From assembly GCA_046757665.1 (NCBI GenBank), contig JBHHYO010000008.1:1716-65715 (forward strand): 64,000 nt of DNA. The letters run 5' to 3'. This document shows, one piece after another, positions 28,799-37,856 of this stretch (within the stretch, counting starts at the first letter, position 1; every line of letters begins with the position of its first letter). The DNA is from Nitrospinales bacterium. Its GTDB lineage: Bacteria > Nitrospinota > Nitrospinia > Nitrospinales > JAJDAT01. The translations under genes and the position numbers were made by a program. The notes under the pieces are model-generated. The model saw only the letters and a list, made by a program, of their open reading frames with translations. It was not told where the DNA came from and did not search any database.

Positions 28799-29488
28799 TT
28801 AGATATGTCCCTTCATGCGCAGGGCGAGCAGTTTCGGCAACGCGGTCACGAAATCCCAGATGGCGTCCCAGCCGCCGCGCAGGAACGTTCTCAACATCAC
28901 CCGGAGCGACGGCCGCAAGGGCTCGAAATGCTCTTTGTCGAAAACGGCGTCGGCGCCGGCGGTCAGAACTTTTTCCACCTCCGCCGTGACCCGCCAATCG
29001 CTCCTAAAAATCACGGTGCCCCCGGGGTCGATGACGTAAATCATGTTGGGCAGTCCGCCGTAAGCCCGATGCGCACTGCCTTCGAGATCGTCCACGAGAA
29101 TGGTGCGCCGTTCCTGTTCCAGGGCGGGCAGTTGTTTCGCGCAGGCAATTTTTTCCTCAAGGGAGCGGTGGGCGGGCGTCCGGCTTCCCGGATGCGCCTC
29201 GCGCACGTAGAGCGTCAGGAACACGGCTTCCGGAAACCGCTCGGCCAGCCGGTTCATTTCGGCGATGCCCTTGATGTACATGGGACACGTTGTGCTGATC
29301 GTTTCCAGCGCCACGGTTTTTCCCCGGAAGTCGGACAGGCGCACCGGGTTGCCCCGCAAGTCCGTCACCGTGAAATCGACCGCCGGTTCGCCCGCTTTCG
29401 GTCCGGAAAACGGATGGAACGTAAAACAGGCCGGATCGAACCGCGCGTAATTGTATTCCCGTTCGCCGGGACGGGTTTGCTTTTTCAT
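28799..29488 (-). CDS. thioredoxin-fold redoxin (AhpC/TSA- or deiodinase-like), single-Cys TCP motif
   Basis: DFTVTDLRGNPVRLSDFRGKTVALETISTTCPMY fits the redoxin beta-alpha entry. There is no CxxC. 229 aa. Confidence 0.5.
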   Translation of the reverse strand: MKKQTRPGEREYNYARFDPACFTFHPFSGPKAGEPAVDFTVTDLRGNPVRLSDFRGKTVALETISTTCPMYIKGIAEMNRLAERFPEAVFLTLYVREAHPGSRTPAHRSLEEKIACAKQLPALEQERRTILVDDLEGSAHRAYGGLPNMIYVIDPGGTVIFRSDWRVTAEVEKVLTAGADAVFDKEHFEPLRPSLRVMLRTFLRGGWDAIWDFVTALPKLLALRMKGHI

Positions 29489-30387
29489 GAGGCCTCCGGC
29501 ATGTACGGTTGAAAATGGCTTGGCCAGGGGGCGGTGATTTCCAGGGAGGTCCGGAAACAGCGGAAGCGCAGTCGGTAAGCGTGCAGGCCAAAATGCGTCG
29601 CCGTCCTTGCCGACGAACCGGTTCCATAAACAGGATCGTTGACGATGGGCAGTCCGGCTTCGGCCAGGTGCACGCGAATCTGATTGGTGCGCCCGGAGCG
29701 GGGAATCGCCCGCAACAGCGAGCGCCCGTCGCGGGTGTTGAGCCAGCGGAACTCGGTCACCGCCGATTTGGCCGCCACCGCGCCACTGCCCGTGCCGCGC
29801 CGCGAGCCGTTGATTTTGCCGATGGCGGCGTCGATCACGAAACGCCGGGCCGCGGGCGTTCCCTCGACGAGGGCCAGGTATTCCTTGTGCACGCGGTTGC
29901 GGGCGAATTCGTGCATCAAAAAAGCCGCCGCCCGCCGCGTCTTGGCGAAAACCAGCACGCCCGTGGTGGCGGCGTCCAGACGTTGCACCGGCCGGAACGT
30001 CTCCTCCGGATAAATCTCCTTCAACCGCTCGGTCATGCTGTTTTTGTAGTACCGGCCGCTGGGGTGAACGGGAATCGGCGCGGCTTTGTTAAACACGCGC
30101 ACCAGCCGGTCTTCATAAAGAACGCGGATCTCCCGGTTGGCGGGCGGTTCCAGCCGCTTCCCCAGACGGGTGACAATGTGGTCGTGCTCACTGAGAACGA
30201 AATCCGGGCCGACCGGCGCGCCGTTCACCGTCACGCGGCCACTGCGGATCAGCGCCAGCCAGTCCTCGCGCGACAGGTAGGGGAAGCGGGAAACAAAATA
30301 TTCCGCAATGGAAACGCCGAAGTAACGGAGAGGAACAAACGATTCGCAAACCTGTTCACTGGGTGGCAGAAAATGCAGGCGAACCAT
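29485..30387 (-). CDS. RluA-family pseudouridine synthase
   Basis: S4-like N-terminus, catalytic QRLDAATTGVLVFAK and GRTNQIRVHL. Overlaps the downstream gene by 4 nt. Confidence 0.85.
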   Translation of the reverse strand: MVRLHFLPPSEQVCESFVPLRYFGVSIAEYFVSRFPYLSREDWLALIRSGRVTVNGAPVGPDFVLSEHDHIVTRLGKRLEPPANREIRVLYEDRLVRVFNKAAPIPVHPSGRYYKNSMTERLKEIYPEETFRPVQRLDAATTGVLVFAKTRRAAAFLMHEFARNRVHKEYLALVEGTPAARRFVIDAAIGKINGSRRGTGSGAVAAKSAVTEFRWLNTRDGRSLLRAIPRSGRTNQIRVHLAEAGLPIVNDPVYGTGSSARTATHFGLHAYRLRFRCFRTSLEITAPWPSHFQPYMPEAS

Positions 30388-30389
30388 TC

Positions 30390-30953
30390 TCAGTTTAAAT
30401 TAGGATTGGTCGGGGCGTGGAGCAGGTATTCGTAATCCCTGCCGAGGGAGCGCACGACATTCTGCCAGATGTGGTCTTCCTGCTCGCCGAAAACGAAATC
30501 GTCCCGCGCATGACAGGTCAGCCAGCTCCGGTGCTCCATCTCGCCGTCCAACTGCCCGGCGGCCCACCCCGAATAGCCGAGGTAGAAGCGGATATCCTGT
30601 TCGGGGTCTTTCAGCGAGGCGACCACCCGGTCGAGCACATCCCATCGCATCCCCATTTGCACCCCTTCGCAGACCGTTTCCATATCGGGAATCGGGTCGC
30701 GGGACCGGCAGAGATAAAACACCTGGGACTGCGACACCGGCCCGCCGATATAAACCTTGTTGTCCACAAACCGGGCCACTTCGTGATTGGCGAACACTTC
30801 GGAGGCGGTCATGTCGGCGGCCCGGTTGACAACCAGCCCGAACGAACCTTCATCGTTGTGGTTGCACAACAGCACCACGGTCCGGGAAAAATTGGGATCG
30901 GGCAAAACCGGGTTGGCGATCAGAAAGTATCCTTTGCCGTATTTTTGTTCCAT
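30390..30953 (-). CDS. YqgE/AlgH family protein (UPF0301)
   Basis: GYFLIANPVLPDPNFSRTVVLLCNHNDEGSFGLVVNR. 187 aa. Confidence 0.85.
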   Translation of the reverse strand: MEQKYGKGYFLIANPVLPDPNFSRTVVLLCNHNDEGSFGLVVNRAADMTASEVFANHEVARFVDNKVYIGGPVSQSQVFYLCRSRDPIPDMETVCEGVQMGMRWDVLDRVVASLKDPEQDIRFYLGYSGWAAGQLDGEMEHRSWLTCHARDDFVFGEQEDHIWQNVVRSLGRDYEYLLHAPTNPNLN

Positions 30954-30955
30954 GA

Positions 30956-31612
30956 TCAGAGGTTGAGTGATTGCAGTTTGCGAAAGTTTCGGCCCAGCCG
31001 GGCTTCTTCCCGGGCCTCCTGGCCGGCAAAATTGTTGTCCATATACACGGCGACCAGGTGGGGGAATTTGTCCGATTGCGATAACGCCCGCAGTCCAGGG
31101 TCGCCGATTTCATTCTGCGCCAGGTCCATTTCCTCGATCCGGCTCAACCGGTTTTCGCGCGCCAGGATGAGCGCGCCTTCGTCACCGAGCCGGTTGAGAT
31201 ACAAATTCAGGGTCTTGACCTTTTGCAGGTGTTGCGAGTTGACCAGGGCCTGAATCCCCTTCGGCCCGATCTCATTGCCTCCCAGTTCAAGCCACTGGAC
31301 CCTGGAGAAGATGGCGGACCCGGCAAGCAGTTGCGCGCCTTCGTCCCGGATTTTGTTGCCGCCGAGGTTCAGGCGTTTCACTTTGGCCAGGCGTTCATCC
31401 TCGGCGAGGAGAGTCATTCCGTTTGACCCGATACAGCATCCGTCGAGGTTCAGCTCCCTGCCGCCGTTGGCCAGGCGTCCGCAAACGATCTTGTCGACAA
31501 CTTCTTTCAGTTTTTCTCCCGTGTAGTTGCAAGGCTCTACGGGAGCGTATATTTTATAATGTCCTATGGATGGCATCAGACGTGGAAACGAGTAGGAAAT
31601 TTCGGCGCCCAC
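30956..31612 (-). CDS. ribonuclease-inhibitor-type leucine-rich repeat protein
   Basis: Five to six ~28-aa units, for example RLNLGGNKIRDEGAQLLAGSAIFSRVQW, LELGGNEIGPKGIQALVNSQHLQKVKT, MDLAQNEIGDPGLRALSQSDKFPHL. No signal peptide is seen. The start is uncertain (M1 or M13). Confidence 0.75.
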   Translation of the reverse strand: MGAEISYSFPRLMPSIGHYKIYAPVEPCNYTGEKLKEVVDKIVCGRLANGGRELNLDGCCIGSNGMTLLAEDERLAKVKRLNLGGNKIRDEGAQLLAGSAIFSRVQWLELGGNEIGPKGIQALVNSQHLQKVKTLNLYLNRLGDEGALILARENRLSRIEEMDLAQNEIGDPGLRALSQSDKFPHLVAVYMDNNFAGQEAREEARLGRNFRKLQSLNL

Positions 31613-31712
31613 ACCCCGGACTACAACGCCGAAAACGGCAAAATAGCCAAAAATTCTTTAAGTTAGGGCCGGGATTTTGTGTTTTTATTGTTATCAAAAG
31701 GCTATTATAATG

Positions 31713-31741
31713 TTGACAGAAAATCAATAATATTTTAAATT
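31713..31741 (+). promoter_or_regulatory. weak sigma70-type promoter candidate upstream of hisI
   Basis: TTGACA at 31713-31718, 17-nt spacer, TAAATT at 31736-31741 (4/6 match). ATG of hisI at 31766. Confidence 0.25.
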
Positions 31742-31765
31742 TCTCCCTTCCGCCCAGGAGACGCC

Positions 31766-32137
31766 ATGGAATTGAATTTTGACAAATCGGGGGGCCTCGT
31801 TCCCGCCATCGTTCAGGATGCCGAAACCGGCAAGGTATTGATGCTCGCCTACATGAACCAGGGGGCGTGGGAAAAAACCCTGGAAACGGGCAAAGCCTGT
31901 TTCTTCAGCCGCTCGCGCAACAAGTTCTGGATGAAGGGAGAGGAAAGCGGCAACGTCCAGATCGTCAAGGAAGTATTCATTGACTGCGACGAGGACACCG
32001 TCCTGCTGAAAGTCCAGCAAGTGGGAAACGCCGCCTGCCACAAAGGCTATGTCAGTTGTTTCTTCCGCAAGCTTGACGGCGAACTGAAAATCGTTGAAAA
32101 GAAAATCTTCGACCCGGAAAAAGTTTACAAAAAATAA
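31766..32137 (+). CDS. hisI: phosphoribosyl-AMP cyclohydrolase
   Basis: [52 protein letters not shown]. 123 aa. Confidence 0.9.
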   Translation: MELNFDKSGGLVPAIVQDAETGKVLMLAYMNQGAWEKTLETGKACFFSRSRNKFWMKGEESGNVQIVKEVFIDCDEDTVLLKVQQVGNAACHKGYVSCFFRKLDGELKIVEKKIFDPEKVYKK

Positions 32138-32230
32138 AGCCGATCCACACCCGTTGACCCCCGCCGCTTGCCGGGCCAGGGGGGCAGAGGGCCTCATCCA
32201 TTTTACAAAGCTGACAAGCCAAGGAACACC

Positions 32231-33109
32231 ATGACCGCAAACGTTTTGAAACTGGGAATCCCCAAAGGCAGTCTGGAGGAAGCCACCGTCAACCTGTTCG
32301 CCCGGGCGGGATACAATATCACCATCAAAAGCCGCTCCTATTTCCCTTCCATCGACGACGAGGAAATCGAGTGCATGTTGATCCGCGCCCAGGAAATCGC
32401 GCGCTATGTGGCGGACGGCGTACTGGATGCCGGGTTGACGGGCAAGGACTGGATTCGGGAAAACCGCGTCGAAGTGGTCGAAGTCGCCGACCTGGTTTAT
32501 TCCAAAGCCTCGTCGCGGCCCGTGCGCTGGGTGCTGGCGGTGCCCAACCAGTCGTCCATTCAATCCGTCAAGGACCTCGAGGGCAAGCGCATCGCCACCG
32601 AGGCGGTGAACCTGACGGTGGATTATCTCAAACGGCACGGCGTGAGCGCGCAAGTGGAATTTTCCTGGGGCGCTACCGAGGTCAAGGCCCCCAAGCTGGT
32701 GGACGCCATCGTCGAAATTACCGAAACCGGCAGTTCCCTGCGCGCCAACGATTTGCGGATCCTGGAAACCATCATGGAGTCCAACACCAAGTTCATCATG
32801 AATAAAGAGGCGCGCCAGGACCCCTGGAAGTCGGACAAGGTCGACCGCCTGGTGCTGATGCTTAAGGGAGCCATGGAAGCCAGCGGCAAGGTGGGCGTGA
32901 TGATGAATGCGCCGAAGTCCAGGCTCGATGCGATCCTGAAAATTTTGCCGGCCAACCTGAAACCGACGATTTCCGAATTGAGCGATAAGGATTGGATGGA
33001 CATCAACGTGATTCTCGAGGAAAAAACGGTGCGCGAATTTGCTCCCAAACTCAAGGACGCCGGCGCCGAGGACATTGTCGAATACCCGCTGACGAAAATC
33101 ATTCGTTGA
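32231..33109 (+). CDS. hisG: ATP phosphoribosyltransferase (long form)
   Basis: ATG 32231 inside ORF 32168-33109. [34 protein letters not shown]-terminal regulatory domain. 292 aa. Confidence 0.9.
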   Translation: MTANVLKLGIPKGSLEEATVNLFARAGYNITIKSRSYFPSIDDEEIECMLIRAQEIARYVADGVLDAGLTGKDWIRENRVEVVEVADLVYSKASSRPVRWVLAVPNQSSIQSVKDLEGKRIATEAVNLTVDYLKRHGVSAQVEFSWGATEVKAPKLVDAIVEITETGSSLRANDLRILETIMESNTKFIMNKEARQDPWKSDKVDRLVLMLKGAMEASGKVGVMMNAPKSRLDAILKILPANLKPTISELSDKDWMDINVILEEKTVREFAPKLKDAGAEDIVEYPLTKIIR

Positions 33110-33134
33110 CCTGGCGGTCAAGCCTTTGGGGCCT

Positions 33135-34073
33135 ATGAAAAAAGAAGACGAAACCACCCCCCTGGAGCCTGAGGGGGAAGACCGGGACCAACCGTGGTCG
33201 CCGGAATCGGCGACCCCTCCCCCGCCGCCCGGCGCGGAGTCGGAGGAAGCGGACGCTCCAGACACGTCCGCGGAAGCCGCCGAACCGGTACTGGAACCGG
33301 AACCGCCTGCGGAACCGGACGCGAAGCCGGAACCATCCGCACCCAAAAAAAAATCGTCGGTCAAACTCTTTTTCGTTTTGTTTTTCGTCGTGGTTTTTCT
33401 GGGCCTGTCCGCCGCGGTTTATTTTCTGGCGAAGGAACGGGCCGAAACCCTCAATGCCTTCCAGGAAAAACTCGCCCAACTGGATGCGCAATTGAGCGCC
33501 ATCCGGCAAGGCGGGGGCGCGGGGTCGCCGGTGACCGCCCAGGACCTTGCGGCCCTGCGGCAAGAATTTCAGACTTTCCGGGAGCAAACGCTGGAATCGC
33601 TGAACGCCCGGCAGGCCACGGTGGAGGAGCCGTCAACCGCCGAACCGGCTGAACCGGCCGCTGAGGCACACGAAACCACGGCGCATGAAGCAGAACCGGA
33701 CGTCGAACCGGCTGAACCGGCCGCTGAAGAACACGAAACCACGGCGCATGAAGCGGAACCGGACGTCGAACCGGCTGAACCGGCCACAGAAGAACACGCA
33801 ACCACGGCGCACGAAGCGGAACCGGACGTCGCGCACGGCGGCCCGGAACCCGTCGGCAATGGAACCGCCGCGCGGCCCCCGCAACACATCTCATCCCCGG
33901 AACACCACGCCGCCGGCGTCGAGCCGAAAACATTTCCCGGCGAAAAGATCGAACGTAGCCGGGAAGCTCAAGAATATATCAATCTTGTGGAGTCCACCGC
34001 CGCCCAATTGTCCCGGCTGGTACGAAAGGGCCTTGAAACCCTGCGGCATTACCTGGCCGCCCTATTGGGATAA
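33135..34073 (+). CDS. acidic Pro/Glu-rich single-pass membrane protein with 21-aa tandem repeats
   Basis: ATG 33135 (the ORF opens with TTG at 33126). One TM (LFFVLFFVVVFLGLSAAVYFLA), a coiled-coil-like segment, and three EPAEPAAE(A/E)HETTAHEAEPDV repeats. Confidence 0.6.
   Translation: MKKEDETTPLEPEGEDRDQPWSPESATPPPPPGAESEEADAPDTSAEAAEPVLEPEPPAEPDAKPEPSAPKKKSSVKLFFVLFFVVVFLGLSAAVYFLAKERAETLNAFQEKLAQLDAQLSAIRQGGGAGSPVTAQDLAALRQEFQTFREQTLESLNARQATVEEPSTAEPAEPAAEAHETTAHEAEPDVEPAEPAAEEHETTAHEAEPDVEPAEPATEEHATTAHEAEPDVAHGGPEPVGNGTAARPPQHISSPEHHAAGVEPKTFPGEKIERSREAQEYINLVESTAAQLSRLVRKGLETLRHYLAALLG
33641..33829 (+). repeat. in-frame 63-nt tandem repeat, 3 copies
   Basis: Copies start at 33641, 33704 and 33767 (CGAACCGGCTGAACCGGCC...GGAACCGGACGT) with a few substitutions each. 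Confidence 0.9.
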
Positions 34074-34178
34074 CCCGTTTCGATCATCTCCATGCACGCA
34101 TTTTTCACCTATATTATAATTTTAAAGCTTAAGGAACGACGGCGGTAACACCGAGTTCCTTCAGCCAAAACAACCCCG

Positions 34179-35936
34179 ATGACGACTATGGAAAAAAACA
34201 CCGGCACAGAAAAGCAGACGGAACAAACCTCGAAGAAAAGTTCAGAACAATTCCAGTCCGTCATCGACCATGCGATGGATGGTATCGTAACCATCGATGA
34301 AAAGGGGGTCATCCGATCCTTCAATCCCGCCGCCGAGCGTATGTTCGGGTTCTCGGCGGACGAAGCCATCGGGCGCCATATCAAACTGTTAATGCCGGAA
34401 GTCTTTCATACCTACCACGATAAGGGATTCAAGCGTTACCTGAACACCGGTCAATCCAAGGTGCTGGGCAGGGTCGTGGAATTGACGGCGCAACGCAAGG
34501 ACGGGTCCACCTTTCCCTTCGAACTTTCCGTCAGCGAGGTCGAGCAAGGCGGCAACTATCGGTTTGTCGGAATCTTGCGGGACATTTCCGAGCGCAAGCA
34601 GGCGGAGCAGGAAATCAAGAGCCTGTCGAAATTTCCGGCGGAAAACCCCAGCCCGGTGTTGCGTATATCCGAGGATGGGAGATTATTATATGCCAACCTG
34701 TCCAGCCTGCCTCTCCTGATGGAATGGAACAGCAAAATCGGCCGGAGAGTTCCCTCACCCCTGCGTCAACTGGCCGAGCAGGTTCTCTCGACCAGACTCA
34801 GGAAAGTCGCGGAACTGAAAGTCGGGGAGCGCACGTTCTTGTTTGATATCGTCCCCATACGGGATCTGGGTTACGTCAACCTGTATGGACTGGAGATAAC
34901 CGAACGCAAGAAGATGGAGCTCGATCTCAAGCGGGCCAAGGAGGCCGCCGAGGCGGCCAACCGGGCGAAAAGCCATTTTCTCGCCGGCATGAGTCACGAA
35001 ATCCGCACCCCCATGAACGCCATTCTGGGGTTTTGCCAACTGTTGCAACAAGAACGAAAACTGACGCCCAATCAGGCACAAATACTGGAAACCATCGAAA
35101 AGAACGGCATCCATCTTTTGGGATTGATCGACAATATCCTGGATATCTCGAAAATCGACGCGGGCCGAGTCGAATTGAACCCCGTCAATTTTAACCTCGG
35201 CGGCCTGATCCAGGACCTTTCCCTGATGTTTGAATCTCGTTGCGCACAAAAAAACCTGATCTGGGAGGTGGAAAAGCCGGGTGACGGGCGGCCTTTGTTT
35301 TTTAACGGCGATGAAGCCAAGATACGGCAGGTCCTGATCAACCTGCTGAGTAACGCCGTAAAATTCACTGCGTCGGGCAAGGTGACCCTCAAAGTGACTT
35401 GCGCGGCCAAGGACAATGGGTTGACCTTTGAGGTGGTCGATACCGGAACAGGCATCCCCAAAGAGTTCCAGGACGCCATTTTCGATCCTTTCCACCAGGG
35501 CGAGGAAGGAGAAAAAAAGGGCGGGACCGGCCTGGGGTTGACGATTGCCGACCAGCAGGTGAAACTGATGGGAGGGGTATTGCGAGTGGCGTCCGAACCG
35601 GGCAAGGGGTCGCGTTTTTACTTCCGGTTGCGTTTGCCCGCGGTGGCAGAGGGCACGGTGCCGGCGGCGGTCACCGCACCGGAAAATTCCCGGACCGCCG
35701 GGATTGCCAAACCCGGAGACCCCGATCCGTCCGCGATCCAACTGCCCAACGGCGTACTGGCGCGCCTGAATGAGGCCGCCAAGGTCTATAACGTTACGAG
35801 ACTGGAACAGGCCGCCGTCGGGATGGACCGGCTGGGCAAGGACGGCCGGACGCTGGCACAGTATCTGCGGCTGTTGATCGATCAGTACGACATGGAAGGC
35901 GTGAAAACATTACTGTCAAAGGTGCGCGGTGTCTGA
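34179..35936 (+). CDS. PAS-domain sensor histidine kinase
   Basis: PAS (FQSVIDHAMDGIVTIDEKGVIRSFNPAAERMFGF), H-box SHEIRTPMNAILG, N-box LINLLSNAVKFT, G1 DTGTGIP, G2 GGTGLGL. No TM is seen. Confidence 0.85.
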   Translation: MTTMEKNTGTEKQTEQTSKKSSEQFQSVIDHAMDGIVTIDEKGVIRSFNPAAERMFGFSADEAIGRHIKLLMPEVFHTYHDKGFKRYLNTGQSKVLGRVVELTAQRKDGSTFPFELSVSEVEQGGNYRFVGILRDISERKQAEQEIKSLSKFPAENPSPVLRISEDGRLLYANLSSLPLLMEWNSKIGRRVPSPLRQLAEQVLSTRLRKVAELKVGERTFLFDIVPIRDLGYVNLYGLEITERKKMELDLKRAKEAAEAANRAKSHFLAGMSHEIRTPMNAILGFCQLLQQERKLTPNQAQILETIEKNGIHLLGLIDNILDISKIDAGRVELNPVNFNLGGLIQDLSLMFESRCAQKNLIWEVEKPGDGRPLFFNGDEAKIRQVLINLLSNAVKFTASGKVTLKVTCAAKDNGLTFEVVDTGTGIPKEFQDAIFDPFHQGEEGEKKGGTGLGLTIADQQVKLMGGVLRVASEPGKGSRFYFRLRLPAVAEGTVPAAVTAPENSRTAGIAKPGDPDPSAIQLPNGVLARLNEAAKVYNVTRLEQAAVGMDRLGKDGRTLAQYLRLLIDQYDMEGVKTLLSKVRGV

Positions 35937-36876
35937 CGGAAATCCAATATCCGCGGGGGCCAAAATTCTCCTTGTCGATGACTCCCTGGACAATATCGAC
36001 CTGTTACGCAAAGCCCTGGAGCCGAGCGGATACAACATTTCGGTCGCCACCAACGGGGAAACGGCGCTTAAAATCGCGCCTTACTTTCTGCCCGACCTTA
36101 TCCTGCTGGATGTCATGATGCCGGGCATCGACGGATTTGAAACGTGCCGCAGACTTAAAGAGAACGCCGCCCTGCGCGACGTTTCGGTGATCTTTATCAC
36201 CGCCAGAATCGAAACCAAGGATGTGATCAAGGGATTCAAGCTGGGCGGGCTCGATTACATTACCAAACCCTTCAACCGGGCGGTGGTGGTGGCCCGGGTG
36301 GAAATGCACCTGGAGCGGAATTTCCTGATCAGGCAACGGGAAAACCTGACCGCCGAACTCCAGGAGGCGAGCCGCAAACTGGAAATGCTGGAGACCGGCG
36401 ATACGTCGGCGGACCTGCTTCATCCCGGGGGCATCATTCAGCAGATCGAGTTCGAGATCGTCCGGTTCCAACGCGGCCGCAAACCGTTTTCCCTGATCCG
36501 GCTGGGCGTTGACCCTGTCCAGGCAACCGATGCCGCCGCCGGCTCCGGAGTCGGCGAGGCTATTTGGACTCAAGTGGACCGCCTGCTGAAAACAACGGCG
36601 CGCAAACAAGATGTTATAGCCCACAAGGGAAAAGGAATGTTTTTACTTTTCTTGCCCGAAACGAACCTTGCGGGAGCGGTGACTTTTGCCGAAAAGCTCC
36701 GCCGCAAACTGGAAAACCAGGTTTTTTCCGTTGCTAAAACGGCCCGGCGAGTCACCGCCAGCGCCGGGGTCTGCGCTTTCGAGGAAAACATGACCCTGCA
36801 AACCTGCCTGGAAACAGCGGAACAACGTGTTTGCCAGGCCCGGCAAGCCGGCGGCAACCAAGTGGTAAGCGCTTAG
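35929..36876 (+). CDS. response regulator: REC domain plus degenerate GGDEF domain
   Basis: GTG 35929 overlaps the kinase stop. REC (ILLVDDS..DLILLDVMMPGIDG..KP). The C-terminal GGDEF fold reads GKGMF where GGDEF is expected. Confidence 0.8.
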   Translation: MSDGNPISAGAKILLVDDSLDNIDLLRKALEPSGYNISVATNGETALKIAPYFLPDLILLDVMMPGIDGFETCRRLKENAALRDVSVIFITARIETKDVIKGFKLGGLDYITKPFNRAVVVARVEMHLERNFLIRQRENLTAELQEASRKLEMLETGDTSADLLHPGGIIQQIEFEIVRFQRGRKPFSLIRLGVDPVQATDAAAGSGVGEAIWTQVDRLLKTTARKQDVIAHKGKGMFLLFLPETNLAGAVTFAEKLRRKLENQVFSVAKTARRVTASAGVCAFEENMTLQTCLETAEQRVCQARQAGGNQVVSA

Positions 36877-37214
36877 GAAATGACCCTTGCTTTATCAATC
36901 TCCCCTCTTTCCTGATACTGACCATTACTGTCACTCATTATTTATTGTGATAAAAAAAGTTCCACACGGACGTGCTTGTTAATCGGAAAAAATTTGAGCC
37001 CGCAGAAAACCTTTATATTGAATATATTGAAAAATAATGCTTTAATAAGATAATTATTAATGGATTTAATATTGGTATAGTTTATGCATTATTATGGTAT
37101 AGGTAAAATCATTTAATCTGTTGACAGAAAACCACGAGAATAATAATTATTATATCTAATCATAGCTAGACCAGCTTATAGTTTATATAAATTTTAACTG
37201 AATTTGAGGGTGAC
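36877..37214. promoter_or_regulatory. AT-rich intergenic regulatory island
   Basis: Hand-counted lines 37021-37200 are 15-28% GC against about 60% in the flanks. Direct repeats: ATATTGA (37015, 37024), TGGTATAG (37073, 37095), TATAGTTTAT (37076, 37177). TTGACA at 37121. Confidence 0.5.
37073..37088 (+). promoter_or_regulatory. possible sigma54 -24/-12 element
   Basis: TGGTAT-AGTTT-ATGCA with GG-N10-GC spacing. The -12 is ATGC rather than TTGC. Lies 127 nt upstream of the cNMP gene. Confidence 0.2.
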
Positions 37215-37586
37215 ATGAAAACGCTGTACATCAAAAAAGGAAACGATATCTTTGAGGAAGGTAGCTCGAGCGACTGTGCTTATATTATAGAGTCGGGTAG
37301 CGTCGAGGTTTCCAAGACCATGGGTCCGGGGGAGAAAAAAGTCCTGGGAGTTCTGCAAGAGAGGGATATCTTTGGTGAACTGGGGCTGGTTGACGGTCTT
37401 CCGCGGACGGCTACGGTGACTGCCCTGGAAGACTGCGCGGTTTCCGTGCTTACCCCGGAAACGTTCGCTTCGCTATCCCATCGCAACCCGAAAGCGCTGG
37501 TGCCGATACTGAGAATTTTGGCCAAACGGTTGCGTGCCACCCTGAAAATGGTCGAGGATTTTGATAATGAAGCTTGTGCAGAGTAA
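37215..37586 (+). CDS. stand-alone cyclic-nucleotide-binding domain protein
   Basis: 123 aa. FGELGLVDGLPRTATVTA cNMP signature. No HTH. Confidence 0.8.
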   Translation: MKTLYIKKGNDIFEEGSSSDCAYIIESGSVEVSKTMGPGEKKVLGVLQERDIFGELGLVDGLPRTATVTALEDCAVSVLTPETFASLSHRNPKALVPILRILAKRLRATLKMVEDFDNEACAE

Positions 37587-37712
37587 TTCTCCCGCCTGCC
37601 CCCAGCCCTTGACTTGCAGGATGCCCCCGCATACAACCTGTTGAAATAATAGTCTTTCCTCGCCTTTTCCGCGCCACGGCAACGAATCTACAACTTATTT
37701 CGATTTCCCCCC

Positions 37713-37739
37713 TAAAGTTTCCCGGAATTCTCCCGTTAA
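37713..37739 (+). promoter_or_regulatory. sigma28 (FliA)-type promoter candidate
   Basis: TAAAGTTT (37713-37720), 11-nt spacer, CCCGTTAA (37732-37739). The consensus is TAAAGTTT-N11-GCCGATAA. The -35 matches 8/8 and the -10 matches 6/8. Lies 118 nt upstream of flaG. Confidence 0.4.
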
Positions 37740-37856
37740 AAGAGCAGGGACAAAGTCCGGGTTCCATCAAAAACGGGGATTTCAGATTCCTGGGAGAATC
37801 GGCTCCGGCCCGGCTGACAAAGGAAGTCAATTTTTGTACTGAAAGGAGGAAATATT

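Noticed and set aside
31724-33364. 546-aa minus-strand ORF covering hisI and hisG
   Set aside because: It is antisense to two unmistakable histidine-biosynthesis genes. The sequence is a Gly/Ser/Asp/His-rich artefact.
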